The notes beneath the pieces are model-generated. The model did no database searches. It was not told the DNA's origin and saw nothing but the letters and a program-made list of their open reading frames with translations. A program made the translations under genes and the position numbers. This document shows, piece by piece, positions 16,981-32,948 of a DNA stretch of 64,000 nt. The stretch is taken from assembly GCA_964016885.1 (NCBI GenBank), contig OZ024746.1:3658001-3722000 (forward strand), read 5' to 3'. This stretch comes from Eledone cirrhosa. Taxonomy: Eukaryota. The first letter of the stretch is position 1. Each line of letters opens with the position of its first letter.

Positions 16981-17214
16981 CAAAAGAAGTGTGGTAAGGG
17001 ACCAGATGGACCATAACGCACCAGAGTACTCAATACTTAGGGTAGTAGAGTGGGAAATAGGAAAAAGTATGACCCCGACCGCAGAGCTCAAGCCGTTTCG
17101 ACGGCTATTTCTGGACTAAATTAGAATTTTTAGCCAAGTTAAAAATTCTAATTTAGTCCAGAAATAGCCGTCGAAACGGCTTGAGCTCTGCCGTCGGGGT
17201 CATACTTTTTCCTA
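16979..17214. mobile_element. Fold-back element (family H2) in (TA)n, carrying the 3' half of a hammerhead
   Basis: Arms 17057-17132 and 17140-17215. Contains GAAACGGCTTGAGCTCTGCCGTC-GGGG. Homologs at 19537, 46508 and 63545. Confidence 0.85.
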
Positions 17215-17585
17215 TATATATATATATAGGTAGGTGTATGTGCAGTGTGTCTATGCATGCGAGTCTATGTGTAGGTGTGTGTATGTACAAGTGTGTATAT
17301 GTGTGTCGAATTCCACAATCTCCTCAACAGCTGTGTAACACAATACTTAACACAAAAATGTCAACATATCAAATACAAACAAATCTCAGTGGATATTGTA
17401 ATATATTTCCTGTCTATTACAAAATATGATGACCCCCCCCCCCCTCCAATATAATTACTGCATTAGACTTCTTAATCTTTCTTAGTTTCAACAACTAGTT
17501 TCCACTTGTTTCCAATCTAACAATATTACTTTGTTCTATCTTACAACTGATACTTTACTAACTACACACTTTAGCTGTTAAACTT

Positions 17586-17765
17586 CGTCTTCTTCTTTGT
17601 CCATTTATATTCCTGAGAGGATCGTGGGGCGGCAGAGTCCCCCAAACACTCCTTCCAGCGAGTCCTGTCAGAAGCAACCGTCTCCAACTGATCCGGCTGG
17701 ATCCCTAAGCGAGACCAGCCAAGCTCATGGATGTTATCCTACCATCTTGCTCGGGGTCTACACCT
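17586..17765 (-). mobile_element. RTE-like LINE 3' fragment
   Basis: Minus strand translates to GRPRARW*DNIHELGWSRLGIQPDQLETVASDRTRWKECL and ends in an (AAG)n-type tail; second copy at 42476-42640. Confidence 0.75.
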
Positions 17766-19471
17766 GGGTTTCTTACCGGTTAGTTTTGTCCGTAAAATCA
17801 TTTTAAGTGTTAAGCTAAGCAGTTTAACAGTTTATTCTAGTATTTTCTATGATTTAAATAGAAATAAACAACCAAATATGGCGTGTACTAATTCAGTTCG
17901 TATTTTTTATCAACCATATTTCTGTATATATATACATAAATAATGAAATCACGTTTTTCAAGACGCCCAGGCGTCTTTTCTAAAGCTTTAAACTATATGT
18001 TTCAAAATTATGTGACGAGCCATTTGAATACAACTGTCCAGTAAAGTAGTTTAATTGTAGTTCTTAAATAGTTATTAGGAATTATCAAAATACTGTAGAA
18101 AGATTAGTAGTTAGTAGGTAGTTTAGTTTCTTTTCAACTGCTTGTATACGCATGACTGATATCCTGAATATAAATACCTCTCCATAGTAAAACTGTTGTG
18201 GTTCAGCTTCACGACAACTCTGCCCTGAGCAGGGCTTCGATTAAATGTATTCCAGCCGTGACAACCTTGTCTTTTTATGTGTGTATTGGGCTATTGTGTC
18301 TTAAAATTGTCCATGTAATATATAAGATGAGGTATGATTTGACGGAGATGTGACATAAATTTCGAGGAAGGTCATTAAGAAATTAATAGCTTATGAAAGT
18401 TAATCTATTGACCTGATATTCAGGAGTTTTTTCAAGAGGTTTTTATGCCGTCAGAAGAGCTCAGGCTATCAAAATTTATAGTCCCTGGCGAAATATGTAT
18501 AATGGAGATTTAAATAAACCTATGTATATATATGTGTATACAGATAAATACATACGTGCTTGAGTAAAGTTTCCCCAAACATTATGGTAACTATTCCTTG
18601 CGTTTAGAATAAGCTCCCAATTGATACAACAAATTATCTGACGTAGATGTGAACTCACAACCTTTGAGTAGATTATTCAACTCTTTATTCAATCGGCCAT
18701 TTTGCTTTTAAAAATAGGACGACAATACTATCATCACAACATAACTGGGAAGCCGATAGATTTGAAATTGAAAAGTTACAGACGATATTTATGGTTAAAT
18801 GTCGTAGCTTTATGAACAGTAATAGGTTCGGTTACACCAAGTAAAACTGTTATTTAAATTTAGAAGATACTTCCTCAACAAAGAATTCCCAATTGACTGT
18901 CTGAATATCGTTATCATTTTCGTTGTCGTAGCATTTTAAACGGATCGTTAATAAAAGCCATTTTCGTTTCTTCAATCTTGCTACTAAGATAAAAACAACA
19001 ACAACAACAACAACAACAACACACACACACATATATATACATAAACATATTTAGAATATTGAAAAAAAATGTATGTTGATTCTAGTTTTATTGTCACTTC
19101 ACTTTTTGCCATTCAATTTATCCTTGGCAGATGCCAAATATTAAAATGTTTTGCAGACGGAAAGAAACTGAGAAAGATTTCATCAAGAATTTATTATTTC
19201 ATTAAATTACTGACACAGAAATGAGAAGGAATAACTAAAATGTATTCAAATAGAAACCTGAAGAGTAAAGAAAAGGAAGAAAATAAAAATAAATCAACAA
19301 ATAAGTTTGTCAAATCTATTAAAGCATAAAATAGGAAGTTAGTGAAATACCATCTTTTAGTTTCGTTTCGTTCCATTTCATTTTTTATCTACTTCAGCTT
19401 TTCTGGTTTTATTTATACGTATGTTCACTCTTCTATTTCTGGTTTGAATTTCTATCTCTCTACCCACTCTG

Positions 19472-19536
<65 letters not shown>

Positions 19537-19541
<5 letters not shown>

Positions 19542-19756
19542 AACGAGCAGGACCCCGACGGCTGAGCTCAAGCCGTTTCGACGGCTAATTCTGGACTAAA
19601 ATCTGGACTAAAATTTTAGTCCAAAATTAGCCGTCGAAACGGCTTGAGCTCAGCCGTCGGGGTCCTACGCGTTCCTATTACCCACTCTACTACCCTAAGT
19701 ATTGAGTACTTTGGTGCGTTATGGTCCACCTGGTTCCTTACCACATTTCCTTCGTT
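19537..19756. mobile_element. Fold-back element (family H2), opposite orientation to the 16979 copy
   Basis: Arms ~19537-19600 and 19615-19678; GAAACGGCTTGAGCTCAGCCGTC at 19636-19658. Confidence 0.85.
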
Positions 19757-19859
19757 ATATATATATATATATACAGAGTGAAATATATATAATAAAATAA
19801 ATAGTTTCCATTTATTATATATATATATATATAATTATATATATATATATATATATCAA

Positions 19860-20050
19860 TAATTGTTTCTACTTTTGGCACAAGGCCAGCAATTACCCAG
19901 TGTATTACTGGTACTTTATTTTATCGACCCCCGTAAGGATGAAAGGCAAAGTTAACCTCGGCGGGATTTGAACTCAGAATGGCAAGGGCCGTAACTCTAT
20001 GCGTCAAAGCATGGCGTCCGACCCTCTACCGATACTGCCAATCCACCGCC
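19860..20050 (-). mobile_element. SINE family A, full length
   Basis: Homologous to 13260-13449. Confidence 0.88.
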
Positions 20051-20101
20051 AGTGATATATATATATATATATATCAATAATATTAATAAATGGAAACTAT
20101 T

Positions 20102-20161
20102 TATTTTATTATATATATTTCAAGAGTACAAAATTTTGGTACGCTCTCATCAGATAAAATA
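20102..20161 (-). ncRNA. Minimal type I hammerhead motif (family H3) within a TA-embedded island 20076-20249
   Basis: Minus strand TATTTTAT-CTGATGA-GAGCGTACCAAAATTTTGTACTCTT-GAAA-TATATATA-ATAAAATA: 8-bp stem I, bulged GAG/GTAC stem II, palindromic stem III. Confidence 0.72.
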
Positions 20162-20246
20162 CAAAAGATGTTTTACAGATAGTGACATATTCAAAACTAG
20201 AACTTAACGTTTTGAGTTCTGTTTGAACAAATTAAATAACTCATTG

Positions 20247-20455
<209 letters not shown>

Positions 20456-20456
20456 G

Positions 20457-22905
<2,449 letters not shown>

Positions 22906-22931
22906 ATATATATATATACATATATATATAC

Positions 22932-22980
<49 letters not shown>

Positions 22981-22993
22981 CATATATATATAC

Positions 22994-23083
<90 letters not shown>

Positions 23084-23094
23084 GTATATATATG

Positions 23095-23125
<31 letters not shown>

Positions 23126-23158
23126 GTATGTATATATATATGTATGTATATATATATG

Positions 23159-23250
<92 letters not shown>

Positions 23251-23563
23251 TATACAGATGGCACACATGATTCGGCCTGAGAATTGGGTTATGAGTGTAA
23301 ACGGAGATAGTACAATGTCCGTCTCAGAAACACAACATAGTGCCTGTAATGGATTTGAATTCCCAACCTGAGCTGATGGTTCCATAGATTGTAAGTTCAG
23401 ATCTCGTCTGGATTACAACAACTCTAATCTAGAAATGATTCTCGGCAATAACTTTCATAACTATCTCTTGCTGAACCAAACAATAACTAATATATCGATT
23501 CCACAAACTAATGGTCTTTCTACTATAACGTGTCGTAGTTTGTTCGAAGAATTTTGGAATATG

Positions 23564-23882
23564 AGAAACAAATGCAAATAAGGAATACGGTTATTTGGTT
23601 ATTTGAAAGTTCGATAATGCGTGTTAGGTAAAAAATAAATCGATCAGCCGCCCACAACTTGTCTCAGGTTTCTCTTTGATGTCCCTCCCTACGGACTCCT
23701 CTTGATAAGGAAAATCCGAAAATATTTGAGATCATTAAAAATTGCTAAGGTAACCTCCTATCCTCCGCACTCTTATACTTCACTTCACTGTGTTCTTTTT
23801 TTTTTATACTTTCTTATTACCTTGGCATTTTTACCAAACACGCGTTGTCGGGCTTCCAAATAACCTTATTTATATTTGTTTC
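23564..23882. mobile_element. MITE-like element with long imperfect terminal inverted repeats
   Basis: GAAACAAATGCAAATAAGG..GGTTATTTGAAAGTTCGATAATGCGTGTTAGGTAAAAA pairs with TTTTTACCAAACACGCGTTGTCGGGCTTCCAAATAACCTTATTTATATTTGTTTC. Confidence 0.7.
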
Positions 23883-23901
23883 TTCTTTCTAGTATTTAAA
23901 T

Positions 23902-24088
23902 AATTGTTTCTACTTTAGGCACAAGGCCAGCAATTGTCCCAGTGCGTTACTGGTACTTTATTTTATCGACCCCGTAAAGATGAAAGGCAAAGTGAACCTC
24001 GGCGGGATTTGAACTCAGACCATAAAGGGCCGTAACTCTATGCGTCAAAGTATGGCGTCCGACCCTCTACTGATACTGCCAATCCACA
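23902..24088 (-). mobile_element. SINE family A
   Basis: Homologous to 19860-20050. Confidence 0.85.
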
Positions 24089-24201
24089 TGTCTATGGCTC
24101 TTGTATATAATCATAGCCTGTGAATCTATAAAAACTATGTCTAATAATAGTTTTTATATCTAATAATTATCTGTTTTATACTAGTTTGTGTCTCCATTGT
24201 G

Positions 24202-24306
24202 AAGACACGTGGCTTTGTGGTTACAGTATTCTGCTCACAATCGTAACGTCATGAGTTCGATTCCCAGCGGCACGTTGGGTCATTGAGCAACATACTTTAT
24301 TTCACG
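24202..24306 (+). mobile_element. 5' part of a tRNA-derived SINE (family B-like)
   Basis: TGGCTTTGTGGTTA A-box, GAGTTCGATTCC B-box, then TTGAGCAACATACTTTATTTCACG. Confidence 0.6.
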
Positions 24307-25006
24307 TAAACCATTATATTGTTAGTGCAGTATATGAAAACTAAATTAAACCGTCTTCCCCAGTAATTTTATGTATAACAAATAACAAAATAAAATTTTC
24401 TTTCAATTGCGAAATTATATTTTTAATGGATCTGAAGGAAAATACAATAAAATTATTTTTAAAAAAATGTACCAAAATTCTGATATATTCGAACCGAGAA
24501 AAGTATATTTGAATAAAGCACAGTAAATTAATGAAACAATTGTATTTCTGTTACTGCTTGTGTTAATATCACCTGCAGATTGCTCGAACGGGATTTTAGA
24601 GACTATAGTGACTCTTATTGAGACTAAACAGTAGAGAAAGCAGCAGCTTAACATTTCACCTATGACCTTAAAACCGACAGACCATCTGTAGCAGATTTTA
24701 GTGTAAATATTGGAAAAAAGATAAAGTAAATCGATAAAGCATTATCTACGGAGAGTAAGAAGATTTTAACTGAATCGATATAACAGACTGTATCGATCTG
24801 TGTATATCACTGGTATTGAATCGTATCAACCCTGAAATGTATTGAAGACAAGCACATTCCATAAAGTCGAGGCAACAGAATAAAGAAGGAGTTGACGGAA
24901 TTAGAACATGCACTGTTAGCTTGGCAGTTCAGCATTTCTTCCGGATCCTTTACCGTTTTAGGAGTGATAAGACAGGGAACAACAAGAAAAACCACCACCA
25001 ACCACC

Positions 25007-25115
25007 AGACACTGCAGTTTCTAACGTGAAACTCAATGTTACGTCTCAAGACACTAAAGTTTCTAACGTGAAACTCAATGTTACGTCTCATGACACTGCA
25101 ATATCTAACGTGAAG
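25007..25115. repeat. ~42-bp tandem repeat, about 2.5 copies
   Basis: GACACT..TCTAACGTGAAACTCAATGTTACGTCTCA repeated. Confidence 0.8.
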
Positions 25116-25215
25116 CACTTCTGAATTGGGAAGGGGGAGGGTACATTTGGTTGTAGTGATTAGTTTAGCTCTTTGCAGAAAGTCAGTCAGAAAACTTCGA
25201 TATGCGATAAACATG

Positions 25216-25700
25216 TAGGGCGGGTAAAATTCCCGAGATCCATGGACGAGTTCTCTCCAGCGGTCTCTGTCCCTCATTATCGCTGCCATGTCCTGCGTCT
25301 CTAAGAGACCAGTGTCTATCCTTGGGGCATCAACATATGTTAACCTCGGTCTTCCTCTTCCAGTGTGTCCATGTAGGGGCTCCCACAGGAGCACTGAGTG
25401 TAGTGTCAACTCTGGATGTCGGTGAGCATGTCCAGCTAACCTCAGTCTCCCCTGTGTCACTTTTGAGCTGACTTTTGGGAGGCTCCCATAGAGCTCTGAG
25501 TTCTTCATCCTCAGTGTATGCTGATTAATGTTCAGAGCCATCCTCAGCATTCTCGTGTAACACCCATCCACCATCTGAGTGAGTTTCTTGGCCAGTGTCC
25601 AAGTCTCAGATCCGTACAGCAGCACAGACTCCACTCCACTACAGCAACGAAGAGACGGATCTTCAGGTCTCTACGAAGGTCTGACTTCCACACCAATCAT
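25216..25700 (-). mobile_element. RTE-clade LINE, C-terminal ORF fragment
   Basis: ESVLLYGSETWTL..CYTRMLR..RLRLAGH..RH..LLWEP..GRGRPRLTYVD..DRDRWR are typical post-RT RTE motifs; frameshifted upstream KSDLRRDLKIRLF. Confidence 0.88.
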
Positions 25701-25791
25701 TGTAGTGGACTATTATATGCGTCTTGCGCTGGAGAAACACCAGGACTCTGGCTTTACTGTAACCCCGGCTCAGAGCAGGAGAGTTGAAGCG

Positions 25792-25862
25792 AAATAGATA
25801 TCGGATGCTGAATAGATATCGGATGCTGAATAGATATCGGATGCTGAATAGATATCGGATGC
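25792..25862. repeat. 18-bp tandem repeat x4 (AATAGATATCGGATGCTG)
   Basis: Direct inspection. Confidence 0.9.
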
Positions 25863-26057
25863 GAGAGAAGTGAAAAAAAGTGTTGAAAATAATAAGCCCA
25901 AAATGGAAGGTGAAGAAGAAGAGGTTTAAAAGGTTTAGATATTCTATAATAAGTAAACTAACGTAGACTGTAGGCAGATCTGTGACGTGATCGCTAAAGC
26001 AGATGAAGGGGTCTTTACTATCAATTTGCGAGCAAAACGTCTCACGCATGTAAATAT

Positions 26058-26246
26058 ATTGTTTCTACTTTTGGCACAAGGCCACCAATTACCTAGAGTA
26101 TTACTGGTACTTTATTTTGTCGACCCCGTAAGGATGAAAGGCAAAGTTAACCTCGACGGGATTTGAACTCAGAAGGGCAAGGGGCGTAACTCCATGCGTC
26201 AAAGCATGGCGTCCGACCCTCTACCGATACTGCCAATCCACCACCC
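26058..26246 (-). mobile_element. SINE family A
   Basis: Homologous to 19860-20050. Confidence 0.85.
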
Positions 26247-26897
26247 CTTGTAAATGTATTGCCATAGTTTTAATACTGTTTTTCCTACCTTATCTTTTAA
26301 CTTAAGTCTTTTCTTACTAAAGCAATCGCGTCAGAAAGTCTGTTGTTTAGCACTTACACTACCATTCCTTTCTCAGTTCTTGTCTGATATGTTATTTCTT
26401 CATTTGGCCATTTATTATTATATTTCTAAATCTATTCCACCGCTTAAAGAAACAAACAACAAAATACTTTATACCGTTCGACTTGTTAGAAACTATATAT
26501 TACTTATATTACTGATATTAAGTTGGATTTGAAGATACGGTAAAATATACAAATCAGAACTATACGTGGCTCCCTATTGTCTGCAACACATTCACCCCAC
26601 CTTAAAGAAAGTTGCCACGTGGTCGCTTGAACTGCTAGAAACAGCAGCTAAATCAACTTCAAATCACACCCTACCGTCTTAGAAAAACGACATATAGGAC
26701 AATGTAGTCTTTGACATAGAAAAAGATACTGAAGAAGAATTAATAGATATTATTGGTTGTTCCTGATGCTAAAATTAATCTAAGAGACAGCGTTCTGTGA
26801 CGCAACATTGTTCAAAACTACAAGAATAATGAAGTGATATAAATGAACGGACTTCAACTGGAAGTAGAACCAGAAAATAGACAAAGGCTAGAGCTTA

Positions 26898-29283
26898 TCA
26901 CTGAACTGTAGTGTTACAATAGTCACTGAACAGTGGTGTTACAACAGTCACTGAACTGTAGTGTTACAATAGTCACTGAACAGTGGTGTTACAACAGTCA
27001 CTGAACTGTGGTGTTACAATAGTCACTGAACTGTGGTGTTACAACAGTCACTGAACTGTAGTGTTACAATAGTCACTGAACAGTGGTGTTACAACAGTCA
27101 CTGAACTGTAGTGTTACAATAGTCACTGAACAGTGGTGTTACAACAGTCACTGAACTGTGGTGTAACTACAGTCACTGAACAGTGGTGTTACAACAGTCA
27201 CTGAACTGTGGTGTTACAATAGTCACTGAACAGTGGTGTTACAACAGTCACTGAATTGTGGTGTAACTACAGTCACTGAACAGTGGTGTTACAACAGTCA
27301 CTGAACTGTGGTGTTACAACAGTCACTGTACTGTGGTGTTACAATAGTCACTGAACAGTGGTGTTACAACAGTCACTGAACTGTGGTGTAACTACAGTCA
27401 CTGAACTGTGGTGTAACTACAGTCACTGAACTGTAGTGTTACAACAGTCACTGAACTGTGGTGTAACTACAGTCACTGAACAGTGGTGTTACAACAGTCA
27501 CTGAACTGTGGTGTTACAACAGCCACTGAACTGTAGTGTTACAACACTCACTGAACTGTGGTGTTACTACAGTCACTGAACTGTAGTGTTACAGTAGTCA
27601 CTGAACAGTGGTGTTACAATAGTCACTGAACTGTGGTGTAACTACAGTCACTGAACAGTGGTGTTACAACAGTCACTGAACTGTGGTGTTACAACAGCCA
27701 CTGAACTGTGGTGTAACTACAGTCACTGAACAGTAGTGTTACAATAGTCACTGAACAGTGGTGTTACAATAGTCACTGAACAGTGGTGTTACAACAGTCA
27801 TTGAACTGTGGTGTTACAACAGCCACTGAACTGTAGTGTTACAACACTCACTGAACTGTGGTGTTACAACAGTCACTGAACTGTAGTGTTACAATAGTCA
27901 CTGAACAGTGGTGTTACAATAGTCACTGAACAGTGGTGTTACAACAGTCACTGAACTGTAGTGTTACAATAGTCACTGAACAGTGGTGTTACAGCAGTTA
28001 CTGTACTGTGGTGTTACAATAGTCACTGAACTGTAGTGTTACAACACTCACTGAACTGTGGTGTAACTACAGTCACTGAACTGTGGTGTTACAACAGTCA
28101 CTGAACAGTAGTGTTACAACAGTCACTGAACTGTAGTGTTACAATAGTCACTGAACAGTGGTGTTACAGCAGTTACTGTACTGTGGTGTTACAACAGTCA
28201 CTGAACTGTAGTGTTACAATAGTCACTGAACAGTGGTGTTACAGCAGTTACTGTACTGTGGTGTTACAACAGTCACTGAACTGTGGTGTTACAACAGTCA
28301 CTGAACTGTGGTGTTACAACAGTCACTGTACTGTACAACAGCCACTGAACTGTAGTGTTACAACAGTCACTGAACTGTGGTGTTACAACAGTCACTGAAC
28401 TGTGGTGTTACAACAGTCACTGTACTGTACAACAGTCACTGAACTGTGGTGTTACAACAGTCACTGAACTGTGGTGTTACTACAGTCACTGTACTGTGGT
28501 GTTACAACAGTCACTGAACAGTGGTGTTACAACAGTCACTGTACAGTGGTGTTACAACAGTCACTGTACTGTGGTGTTACAACAGTCACTGAACAGTGGT
28601 GTTACAACAGTCACTGAACTGTGGTGTTACAACAGTCACTGTACTGTGGTATTACAACAGTCACTGAACTGTGGTGTTACTACAGTCACTGAACAGTGGT
28701 GTTACAACAGTCACTGAATTGTGGTGTTACAACAGTCACTGTAGTGTTACAACAGTCACTGAACAGTGGTGTTACAACAGTCACTGTACTGTGGTGTTAC
28801 AACAGTCACTGAACTCTGGTGTTACAACAGTCACTGTACTGTGGTGTTACAACAGTCACTGTACTGTGGTGTTACAACAGTCACTGAACAGTGGTGTTAC
28901 AACAGTCACTGAACTGTGGTGTTACAACAGTCACTGTACTGTGGTATTACAACAGTCACTGAACTGTGGTGTTACTACAGTCACTGAACTGTGGTGTTAC
29001 AACAGTCACTGAACTGTGGTGTAACTACAGTCACTGAACTGTGGTGTTACAACAGTCACTGAACTGTGGTGTTACAACAGTCACTGAACTGTGGTGTTAC
29101 AACAGTCACTGTACTGTGGTGTTACAACAGTCACTGAACTGTGGTGTTACAACAGTCACTGAACTGTGGTGTTACAACAGTCACTGAACAGTGGTGTTAC
29201 AACAGTGACTGAACTGTGGTGTTACAACAGTCACTGAATTGTGGTGTTACAACAGTCACTGAACTGTGGTGTTACAACAGTCA
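26898..29283. repeat. 25-bp minisatellite (CAGTCACTGAACTGTGGTGTTACAA), about 95 copies
   Basis: Period of 25 seen throughout, with variant units. Confidence 0.95.
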
Positions 29284-29309
29284 ACCAACAGTAAATACAT
29301 TATTAATAT

Positions 29310-29510
29310 TGGTTTCTGATTGATGCACAAGGCCAACAATTATAGGGAGGGAAAGTCGATTAAATGGACCCTCCCCAGTGCATTACTGGTACTTTATTTT
29401 TCGACCCCATAAGGATGAAAGGCAAAGCTAAGCTCGGCAGGAGTTGAACTCAGATTGTAAAGGGCCGTAATTCTATGTCATAAAACATGTTGTTCGACGC
29501 TCCACTGCTC
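29310..29510 (-). mobile_element. Diverged SINE family A
   Basis: GCACAAGGCC..ACTGGTACTTTATTTT..AAGGATGAAAGGCAAAG..TTGAACTCAGA. Confidence 0.75.
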
Positions 29511-32224
29511 TAAATACATTATTAATATTGAGGAAAGAAAACAAAAGATAATAGAAATATGACAAAAAAAAAAGTGAAATAAAAAAATAGCAATACTTCT
29601 GCAGCTCTATAAAGTACGTTAATAGCCACCCTCACCTAAATCCATTCTATTTTAATTATTTTGGAAAAAAAGTGTTATTGTTGCAATGGCTATACATGAC
29701 AAAGCCTACTTTAAAGAATGAAATGACTTCAAACTGACTACATTTCTTGTCACTTTCTCTCGTAGAAGAAGATTTATTAAAGCTGGAAAAGAAGGAGCAA
29801 ATACCAACAGAATAAATAATTGGTTAAACGAATCTAACATGAAATATGATGTCTTAAAATCAAAGCTAACTGTTGCTATCGTTGTTTAGCCCAAGGCTAA
29901 GTATTTTATCTTTTACCATTTTGTATAACCAGGACCTGATTATCCTGTGTCGTTGTTTTTAATGATTTCAATGAATGAAGTCAAATTTACAGTAACTAAT
30001 ACAACTACATCGATTGATCAACCTCAGCACTATCAGAATACAGCCTGGGGTTAGTTCTGAGATCTTGTTTCTACATTTGAACCTATTTCACTTAATTTAT
30101 AACATTAATAATCTTGGTTATTCATCAAGTCTTTCATTTCCCTCTATATTTAGACAACTTACTCTTGGGTCTCCAATAATCGTCACCCTCCGCTTATTAA
30201 ATGCTAATCTCCGCCGAAATTTTATTTTAAGTGGTAGCATTCCTGTGACAATTAATTTTCTTTATACATTAAAAATATTTACATGATAAAAAAAGTACAT
30301 AACTAAAAATCTCATATGTTATAAAATAAATAGGATGGGTTGGGGTCTCAAAAGTAAACGACTAATTCTGGTTTTTAAAAAAAATCAACGGAGACAACCT
30401 AGAAAAATTATCGATTTCCAGCTCCCCACTTACACCCCTCTTATTGCACTCTCCTATTATGTGGGACCCGAGAATACCTCGTTAAATAAAGATACAGTTT
30501 AACAACTGATATCAAAATATACTGCTCGTTTTTAGGCTCTATGTTACATCAACATTTCATAACAGAATAAAAGCTAATTTATTAATTCTCCATGACATAA
30601 TTATAAATACTATGTGTAGATTATTTATAAATGTCTTACAGCAGAAGTTGATAAAAATAACAAACAAATCTCTGTAAAGCACCACCCCACCTCCTTAATA
30701 CAGGAGACAGACATATTGGATAAGGTAGTCCTAAATACATTATCTCTAATTGAACGACGTGATCATGACAGCTAGAATGTCTTCAATCATAGTTCTGCTG
30801 GATCAGGACTGACATGGCATTAGACAACAATAACATTAAATATAAAACAAATGGTGATGCGTGATATAAATGGTTTCTTTTATTAAACATCTGCTCACTT
30901 TTAGCATTGATAAATTATTGAATCAGAAAATCAATAGGCTTACACCTCACTCGCTGAAAATGTTGTCATTAACTATATATAATATATATTTAATGTGCAA
31001 GAGATAATCTGTTTGTATTTACTTTTATTTTTACATTTCGAGTTCTAACCCCACCGTGAAAAAAGACCAAAAATATTTACTACCTGTTGATATGTATTTG
31101 TTACAGTTCGATATTTCGCTGGAAGACATCATTTTGTGAATTTACAAAGGAAAAAAAACTATTTATAGAGAGCAATGGACGTGTTTTGACTGACAAGGCA
31201 GTACCTTTGGCAAAGTACTTCTGTCATAGCTTCGGGTTGACCAAAGGCGGTGTAGAGGTAGAATCGGCAGAGTTATGAAAGAAATCATCTGTGATTGTAT
31301 GACGTTAAGACCAGTTTAAAACACCATTGGATAATGTCTGAAAATACCGACAAAAGCAGGAAGAGAAAACCAACAAAAGCAGGATGAACGTATTTAGAGC
31401 ACCTTTTGAATACTTTGCATTGTGAGTTCAAATCCTAGACATCGACTGAGGTGTTCCTCCTTTAAGGCCAATAAAATATTTACCAATAGTTTACTGTGGT
31501 ATTCTGCTCTACATATTTTCCGATCGTGTACAAATCAATATAAGATAGACATCATTAATGTGATCAATAGGTGTAATTATTCAATAGAATAATCCAATTA
31601 TCTGACATCTTGGATTTGAGGTTAGAAATCTTATATAAACTTCCATTGGACCGGAAAAGTCGATTCACTTAGAAACTTTGCATTGAAATAATAATTTTTT
31701 TAGAAAGTGTCGGCAGAAACGTTACATAGTCTATTATCTTCTTGAAAAGATGTGACACTATGTAAAGTTGTAGATAAGTGTGAAACTGTAGCATACATGT
31801 ATACAGTCTTCTTCTTCACCCACCTATTCCTATATCTACATGTAAACTTATTGATTGATTTGTTGGTGAGCTGTGCTTAGTTCAATTTCTACTGTTGGGA
31901 AAATGACAAATAATTGGTTTACGTCGTATTTAGGTGGAAATTTGTTTTCATTTGCGCCATGTCTGTGATTGAGACGAAAACGCCCTCATCACTTCCACAT
32001 GACATAATACAGAACCTGATCATGTGCTGCTCCAGGGTTAATCGGATTGGACTCTCGGAGTTATTTTGGAGCGACAGAGGTGTAACATGCAATCCCATCG
32101 ATGAGTAGATATGACCTGTTACACATCAGAAGGAAGATCCCTTCGATCATGACTGACTATGATGTTGCACCTGGAAACTTCTTCTCCAGGGCACAAACCT
32201 GGTCAAGATGTCTTCTTGAAGACC

Positions 32225-32468
32225 GGCAGTCCTTCATGCATGCTAGTCTCTGCTCTCCACGCCACCGGTGTTATCCAAGTTAATGACAAAGTCTTACATA
32301 GCTTGACATCAGTATCATCACAACACCTTTCATACAGCTTAGTGGACTTGAGTAACGTGAAATAAAGTGTTTTGCTCAAGTACACAACTTACTGATCAGC
32401 CCAGGAATTGAACTTACAACCTCCTGATCATGAGTTCAACACTCTAACCAATGAGTCACGTGCTTTCT
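32225..32468 (-). mobile_element. Diverged tRNA-derived SINE (family B-like)
   Basis: Minus strand CATTGGTTAGAGTGTTG..AAGTTCAATTCC..CTTGAGCAAAACACTTTATTTCACG. Confidence 0.55.
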
Positions 32469-32757
32469 CATCACAACAATAAACACCTTAACATCACGTA
32501 AATTATTCGATGTTTCAGTAACAACATTTGTCAGTTATTGCAATTAGTATGGGCAACATATTAGATGCAGCTATGAAGCCTCTAAACGCCGTGTCATCCT
32601 AATAAAGGAGTCATTTGACGAATGTAATCCTAGATACACTATGCCTTGTAAATAAAAACAGGATATTCATGACGGGAGCGCCTTTGATCATAGGTTTGTT
32701 GGGTTGGGGCTGAAGTGTGTGTTCTGTTATATAGGAGCACATCAGTAGGTGTATAAG

Positions 32758-32948
32758 CAGACCTACCAACCTCTAAAAACCCAAACGAGGAGCACCATGA
32801 AAAAAAGTTCCCCAAAACGAGGAGAAATGAGGCAAAATGGGGAGATTTTACATAATGAAAACTATACTTATTTTCGCAAGAAAAGATATCTCCCGCCCAC
32901 CACAAAGTGGGAGATCTCCCCGTCGGATAGGGAGAGCTGACAGGTCTG
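32758..32948. mobile_element. Short MITE-like element between two ~100-bp direct repeats
   Basis: TIR-like CAGACCTACCAAC / GCTGACAGGTCTG; flanking repeats ~32645-32746 and ~32958-33061. Confidence 0.55.

Noticed and set aside
24807-25215. C-terminal extension of the 275-aa ORF
   Set aside because: It runs from the RTE fragment into a MITE remnant and a 42-bp repeat, so it is not a real protein tail.
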